Assembly: GCA_001938485.1 (NCBI GenBank)
Contig: MQRK01227347.1
Coordinates: forward strand, 34,303-82,981
Reading direction: 5' to 3'
Source of the DNA: Girardia tigrina
Taxonomy: Eukaryota
Length of the DNA: 48,679 nt
Shown: in pieces, positions 1-13,772 of the stretch
Layout of the letters: every line of letters starts with the position of its first letter
Numbering within the stretch: the first letter of the stretch is position 1
The notes under the pieces: model-generated
The model's database searches: none
Told to the model about the DNA's origin: nothing
The model's input: the letters and a program-made list of their open reading frames with translations, nothing else
Position numbers and translations under genes: made by a program

Positions 1-99
1 ATGAATTCGGTTTGTTCTTGCAATCACGAGGCATCACTTGTAAAGACAACTACAATAATAATTATGAGGTGTAATATGGGTGTAGCCACCTTACATTCC

Positions 100-233
100 T
101 GTTTCCATCAATCAGAAACCAGAGCTAATTTTTGAAAATGGTTGTCAGATTCGTGATCAGCACCATCGAAATACCCAGGAACAGTGAAAAATGTTCTTGT
201 AACAGACAAAAAGTTAAAATTTGTTGTACAGTG
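100..233 (+). mobile_element. Chapaev3 (CMC) DNA transposon 3' end, relic
   Basis: Ends ...aaatttgttgtaCAGTG followed by TAA. Subterminal 'cagattcgtgatcagcacc' resembles the reverse complement of the Chapaev3-like left end at 15224. Confidence 0.5.
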
Positions 234-2139
234 TAATTAATCAAATATTATCTTTGTTGCAATGGAAGAATGATTACATTGAAATGGAATTGGACGGAAA
301 TAAAGGATATTTTGTTAATAAGGTAATTGTAGAGATTTTAGTAATTGATTTGAGTCTCTTGAAATTTTGATTTGAATTTTTCTTGGAATTCTAATTTGAA
401 TCTTTCTTGGAATTTTTGGAAGAAATTTTAATTTCTATAATTTCTGTATTTTTTTTAATTTCTATATTAATTAATATAATATAATTTATACCAATATATT
501 TTCGGCTTATTCGGTGTGGGGAAAGTGGAGCTTCGTTCTGGACGGTCTACTACTAAATCTATTCAAATTTATATCATGGAAGTAGTCGAGCAAATGAGTT
601 TATGGATCTAGAAAAGTAACAGAATTTGGTTGAACGAGAAACTGCTTAAATTATAAAAAATCACAAGGATTCTATTGTGGATGTTCTAAATGATTTAGAA
701 GATTCTATTAAAAAAATTTATTAACTGATAACATTCAATTAAAAAACAGATGATATAAATAACAATATTCATGATCAACGAGCTAAATTTAAAAAGTTTA
801 ATGATACTCTTGAAGACGTTTGTGAAAAGCTTGATAAAAACAATTACATTTAAAATTTTATAATTAACTTAATTAAACTAGTATTTTTGGAAATCACTTT
901 TTTCTAAGTTGTTTAAATGGTTCAATTCGTCAAAATGCTGCGAAGAATTGTAAAATTTAAAGTGACAGAAACTAAATTATTCTAAAAATCAGTTTTACTT
1001 ATAGAAAACTTTCTTAATAGGTCATTTTATTAAAAAATTCATTTTAATTATTAAAACATTATTTTAAGTTATATTAACTATAAGTTTTCAATTTAAAAAC
1101 TTCCAAAAATTGACAGTTCACCAAAAAAACCCCTTAAGTCAAACGAATGGGGAAAATTGTTTGACGGTGCGGACCAGGACACCGGGTCCGGATTGATAAA
1201 ACTACTTGTAATCCTCGCGACAATAGGATATAATTTCCAAGGATTGGAGAGCAGTGACCAGGCTACAACGATTTCTCTGAGATTATAATATATTTATTAA
1301 TAAAATATATTAATATATATTTTATAAATATAATATAAATAATATAATAAAAATAATATATTTAATAATGATTTTAAATATATTTTTTGAGTTCACCCTA
1401 TTTGCTATTAAAATTATTTTTTCATCCATGATTTCACTGAAATTAATCAGAAACCCTTAAAATGACAAGAAAGAAATAAAAATCGATAATGTTCTAAAAA
1501 TAATTTATTATTTCTCTATAAAAAACAAGTGGAATTGAAAATTGCACGAGTAAAAGAAAAGTAATCCCATTTTCCTGAGCACGAGATCAGATGAGGTACG
1601 ATCGCTGCTGGTCTGTTGAGTCAGGTTGACTCGTACAATTACATTATTTGTTTTAATGGGTGTATGTAAATAGACAATTAGAAATCGGATAAGATCGAAT
1701 CAGTGTTCAAAATAACGAACATCTTCCTCTTCATTTAAATTATTTTATTAAACGTTATGTTAGTTTATAAATTTATAAAATTAAAATAAAAGATTTTTAT
1801 TTATACCGCTTTAAGATTTATAAAAACAAATTATTTATCGAAAATAAGTTTGCTTAAATATTGGTGTTAAAATATTATTTTTTTAAAACGTGTAATATAA
1901 AAAAAATGGATCTTATGTCAGAGTCTAACTTTAATAATTTTCGGAAAGTTCCAACAACATTGAACAATACTTATTAAATTTTACTTTATATTCTTAATTA
2001 TTTTTATTGACTTTGAAAACAAAATTAATTTGTAAACTAAATTAATGGAAGTTCTTTCTCATTCAAAGTATTCGCCCGACTAAGCAACAACAGATCTTTT
2101 CTACAGTATCTTTTCATCTCCGTATCTTTCCTCTGTATA

Positions 2140-2185
2140 TGGGCACCCACAGGGGAAGGTAGGTTACTTGCCCCACCCTGAACAA
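2140..2185 (+). mobile_element. hAT-type terminal fragment
   Basis: GC-rich island gggcacccacagggg...cttgccccaccctg resembles common hAT MITE termini; no partner TIR found. Confidence 0.35.
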
Positions 2186-2769
2186 ATAATTTAAAAAAAA
2201 ATTGAAAAAAATTTCACTAAGAAATTGGAAAATTATAATGGGATGCTTGAAGGATATTGGCTGCTAGAATCTAAAAAAATATTTTAGATAAATAAGATGA
2301 AAAAAAATTATATTCCGATAATAGATTAATAATCAAATAAATGAATAACAAGGAATTAAAGATTATTTTCATATCGATTTTTGCTCTGTGATGGCCGGTA
2401 AAAATGGTGTAGAAAACTTATTTAAGAACAATATCCTGAGGAAAATACTTTTGAAAATACATAAGTGTTCTGATAACTATCAATTTTAACATGTTGTTTA
2501 TTAATATGGAAACGAAACTGAATAAATAAATTAATTTCTATTTTCAAAAATTCTACCCAGTAGAAATTTTTTAATTTTTTGATAAAGAATTTTTACACTA
2601 AAAATTACAGTTTCTTCAAACGATGTAAAGCAGTGAATTATTGTTGTGGAGAATATATTAACGATTGAGATTGAGATTTTTTCAACAGTAATTTGTTAAA
2701 TATGCACAGATAGATGCATGTCAGGTTAGGCAAGCATGCGTATTACATGTATCATGTAAGCCTGTACTA

Positions 2770-5240
2770 TCTGTCCCATTGTCGGATGGCTGGTGACTAA
2801 ACCGGCTCACTCCCCCAGAGCAAACTGGGTGAAGAGGGTGTGTGGATATTCAACAAGATTAAAAAACAAAATCTAGCAAAGGGAGGATGAGCTCATCCGA
2901 GTTAACAGGCATCCTAACCTGGAGAGAAGAAAGGTGCCACCTGGTTACCTGTCTATTGATACACTTTAAAACATGCAAAACAAAGCCACAAATCCCTTTA
3001 CACCGGATCGGTCGGGACCCGGGTCAACAACGGCCGCGTTGTCTCTTGATGCAGAGAGGGGGGTAAAGAAAGGTTTGCTACTGGCGACAAAATGACATTG
3101 AGAACTTAATTTGCTCTAGGCACTTGGAATCTAAAAGTCTTGTCGCAAAGTGGAAAAACATAACTATTGGCTAGAACTCAGCCGGGAAATTCCGACATGG
3201 CGTCACAAATAAGAATTACATGCCACTCTTAGACTTTGCAGAGAGACAGAAGATGGTTGTTACGAATACCTTACATAGGCACAAGGCGTCATGAAGGACA
3301 ACATGGCATGCTCTCGAAGGCATAATTAAGAAATAACTAGACTATATTTTGGTAATTAAGAAATTAAAATCCAGAGTCAAAAAAGCCAAAACTACCATGA
3401 TCTTGTCATCACAACTTTCAAACTAAAGCTCTCCACACAAACCAGAACAAAACATCAAAGAGCGCTTTTCAACCTTGAGAAACTGAAGGATATTAGAATC
3501 AGGGACCAATTTTAGAGTGAACTTTCCTCGAATTTTGCTCACATGAAGCTACTAGAAGATCAGCAACCACAAAAGCTCTGTGACGAGTTCACAAACATTA
3601 TCACAGATACTGCCGAAAAGATTCTTGGAAAAAGACGAAAGATAAAGAAACCCTGGATTACTGGAGAGCTATTGGAATGATTTGACAAACGACGTCAACT
3701 GAAAAGCAAAAGAAATGACGGTGAAGAGCACATGCAAGATTACAGGAAGGCAAATAAAAAGGTTTGGAGGTTACTGAGGTCAAAGTGGATTTGGCAAAAG
3801 AGCATGCAAAATTGATAGAAAGTGGTTTTGAAATGAACAATTCTAGAGAAGCCTTCAAGACAATCAAGAAACTGATCAAGCGAGGAAGAAAACAAATAAA
3901 TGTAATTGAAGATCAAGATGGAAACTACTTACTTACAAGAATTACAGAAATTGCTCAAAGGTGGAAAGAATACTGCAGAAAACTATACAACTTCAAGGCA
4001 GATGTCGACAGGAGCATTTTCTCTGAAGATGTAGAAACAAAGAAAGATGACTTTAGATCACGAATGGGAAATTTTAAGATCAGAGGTAGAGGCTGCCATA
4101 AAAGGTTTGAGGATGAACAAAATTCCAGGAATGAACAATATCAGCGCGGAACTAATTCAGAATTAAGGTAAAAATACAGTGACCATTCTTCATGCAATAT
4201 GCAGCAAAATTTTAAATAGTGGAGTTTAACCCTCACAATGGACTGAATCTATCCCCATTCCTATACCGAAGAAAGCAAATAGTAAAAAAAAGCGAATTTA
4301 GAATAATAAGTTTTATCAGTCTCGCATCAAAGGTTATGTTGAAAGTGTTACAAAGAAGAATCACACCGAAAGTGGAGCAAGTTCCCAGTGAGATGCAGGC
4401 AGGCTTCAGAAGGAAACGCGACACTACGGAGCAGATAATCAACCTAAGACTGATTTGTGAGAAAACCAGAGACCACAAATTAATAATTTGTCATAACTTT
4501 GGATTTCAAAAAAAGCTTTTGACAGGGTGTGGCACGAAGCACTATGGCATACTACGAATAAACACAACATAAAAAAATATTACGAAAATTTTTAAGAGAA
4601 GACGCAAGGACAAAAGTGTTAAAAAGAGAGAAATTTAGTGACTGGTTTAAGTTATCAGTAGGAGTAAGACAAGGTTTCATTCTTTCACCAACACTGTTCA
4701 ACCTTTTCCTTGAGAGAATAGTTATGGAAGCACTATACGATCTAGACGATGTTAGAATAAGCTGCAGAGAAACAAGAATAACCAACCTACAATTTGCTGA
4801 TGATATAGACCTAATTGGTAAAGATGAGACAGAGATTCAGGAACTTACGAATAGCATCGAAAAAAATTTGAATGGAAATCAACAGACAAAAAAGCAAAAT
4901 AATGGTTTCAGGAAACCATAACAACGAGTTTAAACTGGAGATCTACATTGAAGGGGAGAAGCTGCAACAATTTCAGAGTTTCAAATACTTAGGCTCTTCT
5001 ATCACAAATAATGGTGGAAGCGAAGAAATCAGAAGCCGGATTGGTATTGTAACAAGCGCAATGATTGAGTTTAGCACAGTTTTTAACCTCTAGAAATCCA
5101 TCTCAAGAGCAGAATAAAGATCACTAAGGCTATTGTGTTGGCAATACTTCTCTATGGATGTGAGAGTTGGATTATAAATCAGAAGAACATGGATAGACTT
5201 AAAGTGTTTCAAATGAAGTGCTACAGGAGAATACTGAATC
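2770..5240 (+). mobile_element. RTE-clade non-LTR retrotransposon, decayed
   Basis: APE endonuclease remnants (LGTWNL; VVTNTLHRHK..RTTWH..LDYIL) and RT motifs across frameshifted ORFs: ISLASKVMLKVL, QAGFR, GVRQGFILSPTLFNL, QFADDIDL, FKYLGS, LLYGCESW, MKCYRRIL. Confidence 0.92.
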
Positions 5241-5729
5241 ATATGTATAATTATGAGTTACAATTAAAGTAAATTTTAAGTTAAGAAAAAATTATAATAA
5301 ATCAAAAATTTTGGGATGTAATAAAATTTAACAAAAAGTTTAACAAGTATTAAAATGAATTTAAATCTTTAAACATCAATTTATAAAATTAAAATTTATA
5401 TCGATATTTTTATTGACTATTTTTATTTATTTATAGGAAAACATCTTTCCTCAAATATTTGTTTAAAAAATATTTATTTGTTATAGAAATAAATTTTAGT
5501 GTTATAAACATTATAATTGATCACGAACCTAACAGTTTTCAGGACAAATAATAAAATATCCCTTTATTTAGTAAAATTTACCTTAAATTAATAAATTTCC
5601 CATGAATTAGAAAGTCTTATAATTTAGTAAAAAGTCCTTTAAATTAGTAAAAAATCCCTTAGTTTACTACAAATCCATAATTTTAATGAATAATTCTGTT
5701 TAATAAAATATTAGTAATCAATTCATTTG

Positions 5730-6120
5730 TATTGTTTGAAAAGATTTGTGATGATATGGAAATTAAATATGGCATAGAATATTTAACAGCCGACATTACT
5801 CTTAATTTCAGTAGCTTGATTGTAGATTACTATCGTCAAACAATAAAAATAAACTGCTGGTTTCATATCTCAAAATTAATAAAAGGAAACATAAAGTCGA
5901 TTCCAAATTTTGAAGATAGTACTTATAAAGATATTTGAATACTTCAATTATCTCCTACCAAAGAATTTTTCCAGCACATTGTTAAATTATTTATAACAAA
6001 ATTTGAACAGTTAAAGAATGTAAATCGTTCTTAAAGAAATTTATTGAGTGAAGGTTGAATTCCAATGGGAACTGGTATGAAAGAATTGCCACAAATGCTC
6101 CCTCGACAAATTATGTTGTT
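5730..6120 (+). mobile_element. MULE (Mutator-like) transposase relic
   Basis: CWFH motif (CxFH of MULEs) in ORF 5732-5938 and downstream WYERIATNAPSTN (compare PSTNNALE). Confidence 0.55.
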
Positions 6121-6329
6121 TACCCTGAAAACCCTGAATCCTATTTATGAGAGTGGTTACAACTAATAATTCTTATGGGTGTATCCTCGGACTCGACGTT
6201 ACATCGATCAAGTTTTTTTCCTGAATCAGGAAAAGTATTCGATCGATAATATATATACTTTGACATGTAAATTCCCGGTCTATACTTCCGTCGCGGAAGG
6301 AGTTTCATCCGTTCATAAGTGTCACGAAT

Positions 6330-6650
6330 GTAAACGTCAGAGTAAGATCACATAGCATGCATGTGGAAAAGAAGGTCCTGTGCTACGTGAATGCAAGAAG
6401 GTAAGATGTGTAAGACGTAACAATCCAGGACATAGAGCTGAGGAATGTTACACGAATTTGAAAAAACGATATTAATGGAAGAACGGATTATCAAAGGAGA
6501 ACCGACAAAGATAGCCAACAATTCTCAGATGCACAAACGAAAAGCTCAGGAAACAGTAACTCAGACGACTACAGAAGAGGATTCGAAAGAGGAAGACAGA
6601 TCGCGATGATGGAGAAGGAAGAATACCGAGAAGAGCGAGAATTTAATGTA
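6330..6650 (+). mobile_element. Ty3/gypsy gag remnant with two degenerate zinc knuckles
   Basis: ACGKEGPVLRECKKVRCVRRNNPGHRAEECYTNL at about 6358-6460. Confidence 0.65.
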
Positions 6651-7299
6651 AGTTCTATAAAAATGAATATTTTGTAATGGATTGAATTATAAAGGAGTTT
6701 ACTAAACGTAAAAGGTAGTTGTAAAATAATGTAATTTCTGTAAAAAAATGAATATTTTTGTAATAGTTTGAATGATTAAAGATGTTTATTTTTAAGAAAA
6801 TTAATTTATAATAGAAGTTACAGAAGTATGATGAAATAACAAAAAAAAACAAATTGCGATTTAATTTCCTTAAAAAAATTTAAAGCTATAATTTATTATA
6901 CTTAAAAGATAAAATTTAAATTAAATAAATTATATATCAATATTTATATTTCAAATAGGATATCTGGTTGTGCTAAAAATGAAACATTGTTCCTCAAAAA
7001 TTTGTTTAAAAAAACATTGTTTGTTAGAAATAAAGTTTTGCGCTAATGACTTCTTCTATTGATCAAGAACCCAACAATGTTGATAGTATATTTTCCTTTG
7101 TCGTTTCTAATCCGGAAAGTATAGGATTCTTTCCGATCGTTCATCACTTCGCGCGAGTTCCTGTGTACAAGGACAAAAGAAATTATAATCAAACAGCAAT
7201 CCATTCGAATCAATCTTTATTGATTGCTGCGGACCTCTTACAAGTAATGTTTATGTAAAAAAGTAGATATTAGATAGTATAACTGACCAAATTAGCATA

Positions 7300-8706
7300 C
7301 CGTGTTTCGTACAATATAAGACACTGTCCTACATTAATCGAGGTAACGAAAAACTTAATAGGTCATATACTAAATAGGTCTTATTATAAATAAATTATTA
7401 TAAATTAATTATGATAAATATTTTTATTATAAATAAGAATTTTATAATTATAAATAAATAATGAACTCAGAAAGTACATGAAGAAAATAAGAAAATACGT
7501 TTTTATTCATCAATATAGATTTTATCATTTTCCATTACATTCTCATCAATTGTTACATTTGATGGTTCTTCATTACGATTCTGTTTAATACAAAATTCGC
7601 GTATTTTCTCACCTAACTTCTCATGCTTAGCAATATAGGTTTCATTAAACTGCTTTTCGAGAGAGAGATAACTTGCGCGTAATGCATTTTCAACTGTATC
7701 CCGAGTAATTCAAAATAAGAGGTTCTTTTCTACCACACCTGAGAACTAAAGGAAAAGTGATGTCAATTCATTTTTTTGATGACATCTTGGGTACACCATG
7801 CTTTTGGACTTTTGATGATATATACTCCATTAACCTTCTCTATGGTCTCCTTAGTTCCTTTAGTAATAATACATAAGGCTACTTTCGAAACATCCAATCT
7901 TATAGCCAAAATACTGGTTATTCTAGTGCTTTCATAACCGGTACATGGAACATAGACCGAGGTGGCACCTTTTAAGTTTATTGTGGTTTCAGCAGACTGA
8001 TTTCATTTCAGACAGCAGTTTCATCCATAGCTATAATATTCGTCAATTTGTAGCTAGTAAAATCAATACCGTCAATAAATTGTTTGTACTCAGCTGCACG
8101 GCGGATGATCTCAATATCTTCAATTTTAAAAAGAGAAGTTGATCGCCTAATGCTAAGGTTAAATCTACTAAGAAACTCATCAAGCCATTTGATGGAGGCG
8201 TTGAAATTATCGGATGAAATCGCACGTTCATTTGCAATATTAAGGGCGACCTCCTGGACATCTGATCTCTGGACTACGAAATTAGCCTCTCTTTGAGCCA
8301 AAATCCAATTAAAAATGTCATCTTCCAATTCGCTAAATTCAGGTTTCCTCCCTGCACCCACCTTTCTACTGCTTCCTTTCACTTGCATGTCATCTAGGAG
8401 TAGATTTTCGTAATCTGATCGCCATTTCCGAACAAGTCGCAGGTCCAACTTCTTTTCTTTACAATATTCCGTCAAATTCCTGTTTCTAGATTCTTTAAGG
8501 ACACTAATTTTGAAATTAATGGTATAACTTTTTCTTTTCATAATGGATGATTTAAATTTTTTAAAAAATAATAAACGTTTTTATTTAAAATAAATTGATT
8601 TTAAAAAATTAATTTTTAAATAATTTTAATTTAATTTACTAAAAAATTGCCATAAATCTGTAGTAGGTCTTATGCCAGGGGGTGTCTTATATTGTGCGAA
8701 ACTCGG
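7300..8706 (-). mobile_element. pogo/Tigger-family DNA transposon, internally deleted
   Basis: TIRs CCGTGTTTCGTACAATATAAGACAC / CCGAGTTTCGCACAATATAAGACAC (23/25) with TA target duplication. ORF 8008-8541 has an N-terminal HTH, a CENP-B HTH (FNASIKWLDEFLSRF) and the first catalytic Asp (AMDETAV). Confidence 0.93.
8008..8541 (-). pseudogene. pogo transposase N-terminal part (DNA-binding domains, truncated DDD domain)
   Basis: 177-aa ORF MKRKSYTINFKISVL...GAGRKPEFSELEDDIFNWI...MDETAV*. Confidence 0.85.
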
Positions 8707-9710
8707 TATATGTTTCACTAAACGCAGTTGATAAACAAGATAAAGAGAACAATTTATTAAAAACAATTTTGAACAACTGGATATTGAAATTCGGTGCTCC
8801 AAGAATAATTCATATTTATCGTGGAAAGGCTTTTGAATCGAAATTAATTAGAATCACTTGTGAAATGTTTCATGTCTTATTAGGGTTTTCAAGTCCATAA
8901 TATCATAATAAAAACGGAATGATTGAAAGTCAATTCATGACTATTTGAGATTATGTCAACACGAAAATTGAGACAGTTACAAAATAGATAATCTGCCGAT
9001 TTACCTCCTGCAGGAGAAATTTCTTGAAATGCTATTGTACAAAAATCATTTAAAATAAGTCACGCAGAAATAATTTCTTGTTTTAAAATCAGTAGAGAAT
9101 GAGGTGATACAACTAGAACTAGTGATAGAGAAGAACATATACAAACAGCTATCAAATATTAAAATTTAGTTACTCATCAAAATGAAAATCGTTGAAATTG
9201 TTGGGGAATGTAAAATGAATATAAATAAAAAACAATTTATTTTATTTTTTTGACATTGGTTATTTACTTATTATTTATTTATGTGTTTTGTTTATTTTTT
9301 GTATTTTAATTCTTCGCATTAAATAATACGAAGATATTATTTATCGTTTTTAATTATTATTTATAATTTTAATTAAAATAAATCTAAAATTTATATGGGT
9401 TATTAATATTAATTTATTATTATTATATTTATCTATTATTCAATAAAATAAAACTTTTCGTTACGCACTATGCGTTCTTGTTACGCATAGTGTGCCCCTT
9501 CTTTGCAGTGACCGCAGACCTTATTCTTTTCTTCGTGCGAACCACGCGTTTCAGCAGTAGTCCGCACAATTTTTCATCTAAGCCACGCGTTTAAACTTTT
9601 GTATTTAAATATAACATCGTCATAGCATAAGTGATATTAATTAAATACTTTACAGGTAACATTTTCTTTTCAAGAAATATTAATTAAATACTTTACAGAT
9701 TCTATTTACG

Positions 9711-9976
9711 TGATTTTATCTGCAATTATCCTGCGAAGCCAGTTATTGTTTGCGTTGTTTTTGCTACAATTATCCTTCGAAGTCAGTTATTGTTACGTTG
9801 ATTTATCCGCATTTGTTTGCGTTGATTTTGCGCAATTATCCTTCGAAGCCAGTTATTGTTGCGTTGATTTTATCCACAATTATCCTGTGAAGCCAGTTAT
9901 TGTTTACGTTGATTTTGCCACAATTATTCCGCGAAGCCATTATCTGTTTGCGTTGATTTAATCTGCAATTATCCTG
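9711..9976. repeat. ~45-bp tandem minisatellite, about 5.5-6 diverged units
   Basis: Unit approximately GATTTTATCTGCAATTATCCTGCGAAGCCAGTTATTGTTTGCGTT, repeated head-to-tail with one partial unit. Confidence 0.9.
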
Positions 9977-10429
9977 TCTGAGATCCATCGCGTATGACGA
10001 GGAGATTACCTTTCCTTTTTCTTATCGGCATGTATCCATAATTTAGTTTATCTGTTCTTTAAATTAAATATTTAAAACTCTATAAAGTCGCAATTAATAA
10101 TATTATATTAAAATAATAATCATTATATTATTAAATTGATATATATTATTATTAAATATATAAACGGGTATTTCGAAGCGATCTAATAACCGCACAATAC
10201 AAAGGATATATATCTAATTATTTTATTCATTTAATCCGAGTTTTTTGTAAAATATTGTTATATAAATATTTGTCAATAAAATTTTATAAAAAAGAATCCT
10301 TGTCTTGCATTATTGATATTAATAAAATAATTATTGATCATTTGTTATTAATAACTAATAATTTAATTGTTGATTTTGATAAAAGGTTTAAAATTAAAAT
10401 TAAAATTCAGTGAGTATCATCATTAATTT

Positions 10430-11170
10430 TCTGTTTAAAGGAACTTAGTAAAATGGTTAAATAAAATAATTGAAGATTGTTGATCTTCCTTGTTAAGCAC
10501 ATAGTCGAGTAAAGGAAAGTAAATTCCCCTTTACCAAGTGTCTTAACAAAATAGATATTTTGAAATAAATGTAGAAGTGTTAGTAAAAACAGAAGATCGT
10601 TGAAAAATGACCCCAGACATGAGGGTCATTATCGAGTCAATGAAATGATTCATAATCGCAGCTGTGAGTTTTAAAATAATATTTGTCAACAGTTATAGCG
10701 TCACATGTACAGATCATATATGAAAGGAGTATGTTAGGAAGAATATTATCATTAATCGATTATTATTAAAATTTACTATCATTCAAATATATATTAATAT
10801 ATATGTTATATTCATTAAATGTGGTGCCAATTATTTCTTTCGTAATTATTGCATTTTTATGCATTTGTTTTAATAATAAAATATTTATTTGGGAAACGAA
10901 GTACTTGCGCAAATCTAGATAAATATCAACAACAATCAAGTCAAACATATCATTTTTGGACAGGAAGCAGAGGTCAAGTCAAATTCTAATGGCTTCCTCT
11001 GGAAGTAATTTAATGATAGAGCTGTTAGAGAATAAAATACCAGTAACAGTTGGATGGCGAGTTAAAATGTTTAAATGATGTCTTATTTATTTTTACGTAC
11101 ATTAGTTTGACAGAAATGGATCGTCACATAATGGACCCTCTCTTGAATACTAATGTTTTCCCAAAGGATT
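10430..11170 (-). mobile_element. Possible Penelope-like RT relic, highly decayed
   Basis: Only weak motif echoes (GPL..PFLS; PEEAIRI; IFQRSSVFT) in the expected order. Confidence 0.3.
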
Positions 11171-11463
11171 ATTATAAATCACAAAAATTCCGTTCATTCG
11201 AATAATAACTGAATGATCATTTTTGATTAAATACACATAAAGCCCATATGCAAAAGCAAAACACAATATTGATATGCGTGACTTGAAACAAACAGCACAA
11301 AAACATGTAATAACAAAAGGAAATTCTTGATGTTATAAATCAATGTATTGCGGATTACAAATCAAAACAATATTTTACAACAAACATTTACAGAGGATTT
11401 TGCGGAAAATAATTCATCATATAATTCATATAATAAATATTATATAAAGTTGCGTCTTCAGAT

Positions 11464-12640
11464 TTAGACGATGTGGCTCAGTTCTGGGAGATAAATGGTA
11501 TTGGTGTTTGGTAACCTGGAGAAGTGCATGGGACCAGATTGAGAAATTAATGAAGGTGGTTCAAATTGCTGATTGAAAGTGATATTAGTAATAACGCCGT
11601 TTGCGGCAACTGCGGGATCTTGATTTGACTGACATGTTACCGGTGAGTAACCGTTTAAAAGATGACTATGGTCGGAGCACATTTCAGTACTCGATGTGGT
11701 ATGCTTAGATCCACCGGAGTGACTGACAGATCTCGCACTTCCGGCTCCGATACAATTCTGATTTATTTCCACTACTTCTTGCTGCCAAACCCGGATTCTG
11801 GAATGAATATTCTTAAACTGAGGACGATATCGTGGCATTTCATTCCAACACTCCAGCATTAAATCATAGACTTTGGTTGGGCAGTTGTCAGGACAAGAAA
11901 GAATTTGACGAGATCGAACTAAATCCATGACTTCAGAATTTGAATGACCATAGAAAGGTTGCAGTCCATTTGACCAAATCTCCCATAGCAATACACCATA
12001 AGCCCAAACGTCTGATTCGACAGTAAATCTTCCATAAGCAATAGCTTCTGGAGACATCCAGCGAATTGGAAGCATTAAAGTACTACCCGTTGTCCGATAA
12101 TAATCGGAGCTATAACAATCTTTTATCAGTCCGATGTCACTTATTTTACACATTAAATTTTCTCCAATTAAAATATTTCTTGCGGCCAAATCTCTATGAA
12201 CAAAACTGCGACTAGACAAATATTCCATTCCGCTGGCAATTTGGGCTGCAATAAATATTTGATCGGTGTAGCTCAAGGTCACGTCTCCATATGCGTCCAT
12301 TGAGTCAGCTGGTACGGTAGATATTGACCTAGCTTCCATGGTTGCGCAAGACACCAACAATTCATGGAGATCTCCTTTTTCCATATGATCGAATATCAAG
12401 CACCACGGAATTTGACGCATTGAAACACCGATTAAAGAGAGAACATTTACATGCTTTAATTCACTCATCATTTGAGCTTCATGTTTAAAATCTCTTTGAA
12501 GATTTGCGCTACTTCCCGCTGAAAGTGTTTTTACGATCACAATATTGTTTGAACTGCTGATGGGAGGATTGTTGTTTGATCCAACCAGTTCCGCTTTATA
12601 AACAGCACCAAATATTCCTTCTCCAATTTGCTCTTGAAAC
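11464..12640 (-). CDS. ror: ROR-family receptor tyrosine kinase, terminal exon (kinase domain plus Ser/Thr/Pro-rich tail)
   Basis: Open frame after acceptor ttcAG (12642-12641): FQEQIGEGIFGAVYKAEL...VIVKTL...HRDLAARN...KISDIGL...YSSDYYR...LPIRWMSPEAI.YGRFTVESDVWAYGV. The YxxDYY activation loop and S/T/P-rich tail are typical of ROR. Stop codon at 11464-11466. Confidence 0.9.
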
Positions 12641-13772
12641 CTGAATTTAAAATGAATAAATTAATAGATAAATAGAAAAAAACGTATTTATAAATATTAA
12701 GAAAAAATTTTTCAAACTCCAAGTGTAATTAATTTATAATTATTTAAATCGAATAACATTAAAACTGTATATGTCTTCTACTATAAGTTTTATTTTGTTT
12801 ATAGTTTACCTTTTGATTTGTTGTATTTTCTTTTTTTTTCTTTTTTTTATGTCTAACTCTTATGAAACGTAATGTCTTTTATTATTTTAATGTAATATTA
12901 TTATTTGGTACTAATTTATTATTATTGTAAAATTTAATTTATAAAATTATTAAAATTAAAAATAGCTCCATCGATATCCCTATGGATATCGATTTAAAAA
13001 TTCAAATTATAAATTAAAATTTATTGCCGTTGAATGGTTATTTTTTACGGACATATTGTCTGGACAAAAATTTCTATTATTCATCTCGGACGATAGTGTC
13101 ACTATAAAGAAAAGAATATATTTTGTTCATCATTGTTCCCTATTGTCGTACAATTTTATTGAAAACAAGACTGAAACGAAAACCATGTTCTCTAATCTTC
13201 AAATATTCCGAAATTCTACAAAAGCAGATTCAAGACACTATTGTCATTATACCACGCGATTATACTGATTTCTAGCTTTTGATTAATTGATGGTATCTAT
13301 ATCTGTTGTAGATTTTTTTGCATTAATAATATAATTATAGTGAAAGGTGTTTTTTTTATTTTATGTTAGTAATAATTGAAAGAAGACTATTTGGTATAGA
13401 GTAAAATGAAAAAACTTTTACCAATTGATTTTACTAATTACTTCGTTTGATTATTTTAACAATAAAAATTTAGAATAAAAATACGTTTTTTATTGAAAAA
13501 TAAATATATGTACTCATGTACTTGCACGACGTTAGTATTGCTTTACAAAGGATAAAACTAAACAGGTAAAAAGCTACAATTATAAAAATCGAAAGTTTTT
13601 CCAAGTTATCGTAATTTAACTGAAAATTTATATTCATGCACGAATTTGTGAAAAGTTACCGCATGCGCCAATAATAAACAACGTAAATTTTCCGCTCTTT
13701 AAGTATTAACATTGATACAATAAACATTTGCATTTTATAAAGCTTTCTATTCCTTTGCTTAGTTAGTCTGTC

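Larger units (their letters stand above)
7140..9210 (+). mobile_element. Ty3/gypsy integrase relic, split by a pogo insertion
   Basis: TRTKEIII...IDCCGPL...DQIS | YVSLNAV...ILNNWILKFGAPRIIHIYRGKAFES...FSSP*YHNKNGMIE. A PPT-like ggggaa followed by TGT lies near 9202-9211. Confidence 0.8.

Noticed and set aside
1585-1640. Hammerhead ribozyme
   Set aside because: CAGATGAG and CTGTTGAG both deviate from the core and there is no correctly placed GAAA.
9711-9976. CRISPR-like array
   Set aside because: Units are contiguous diverged copies with no unique spacers, there are no cas genes, and the context is eukaryotic.
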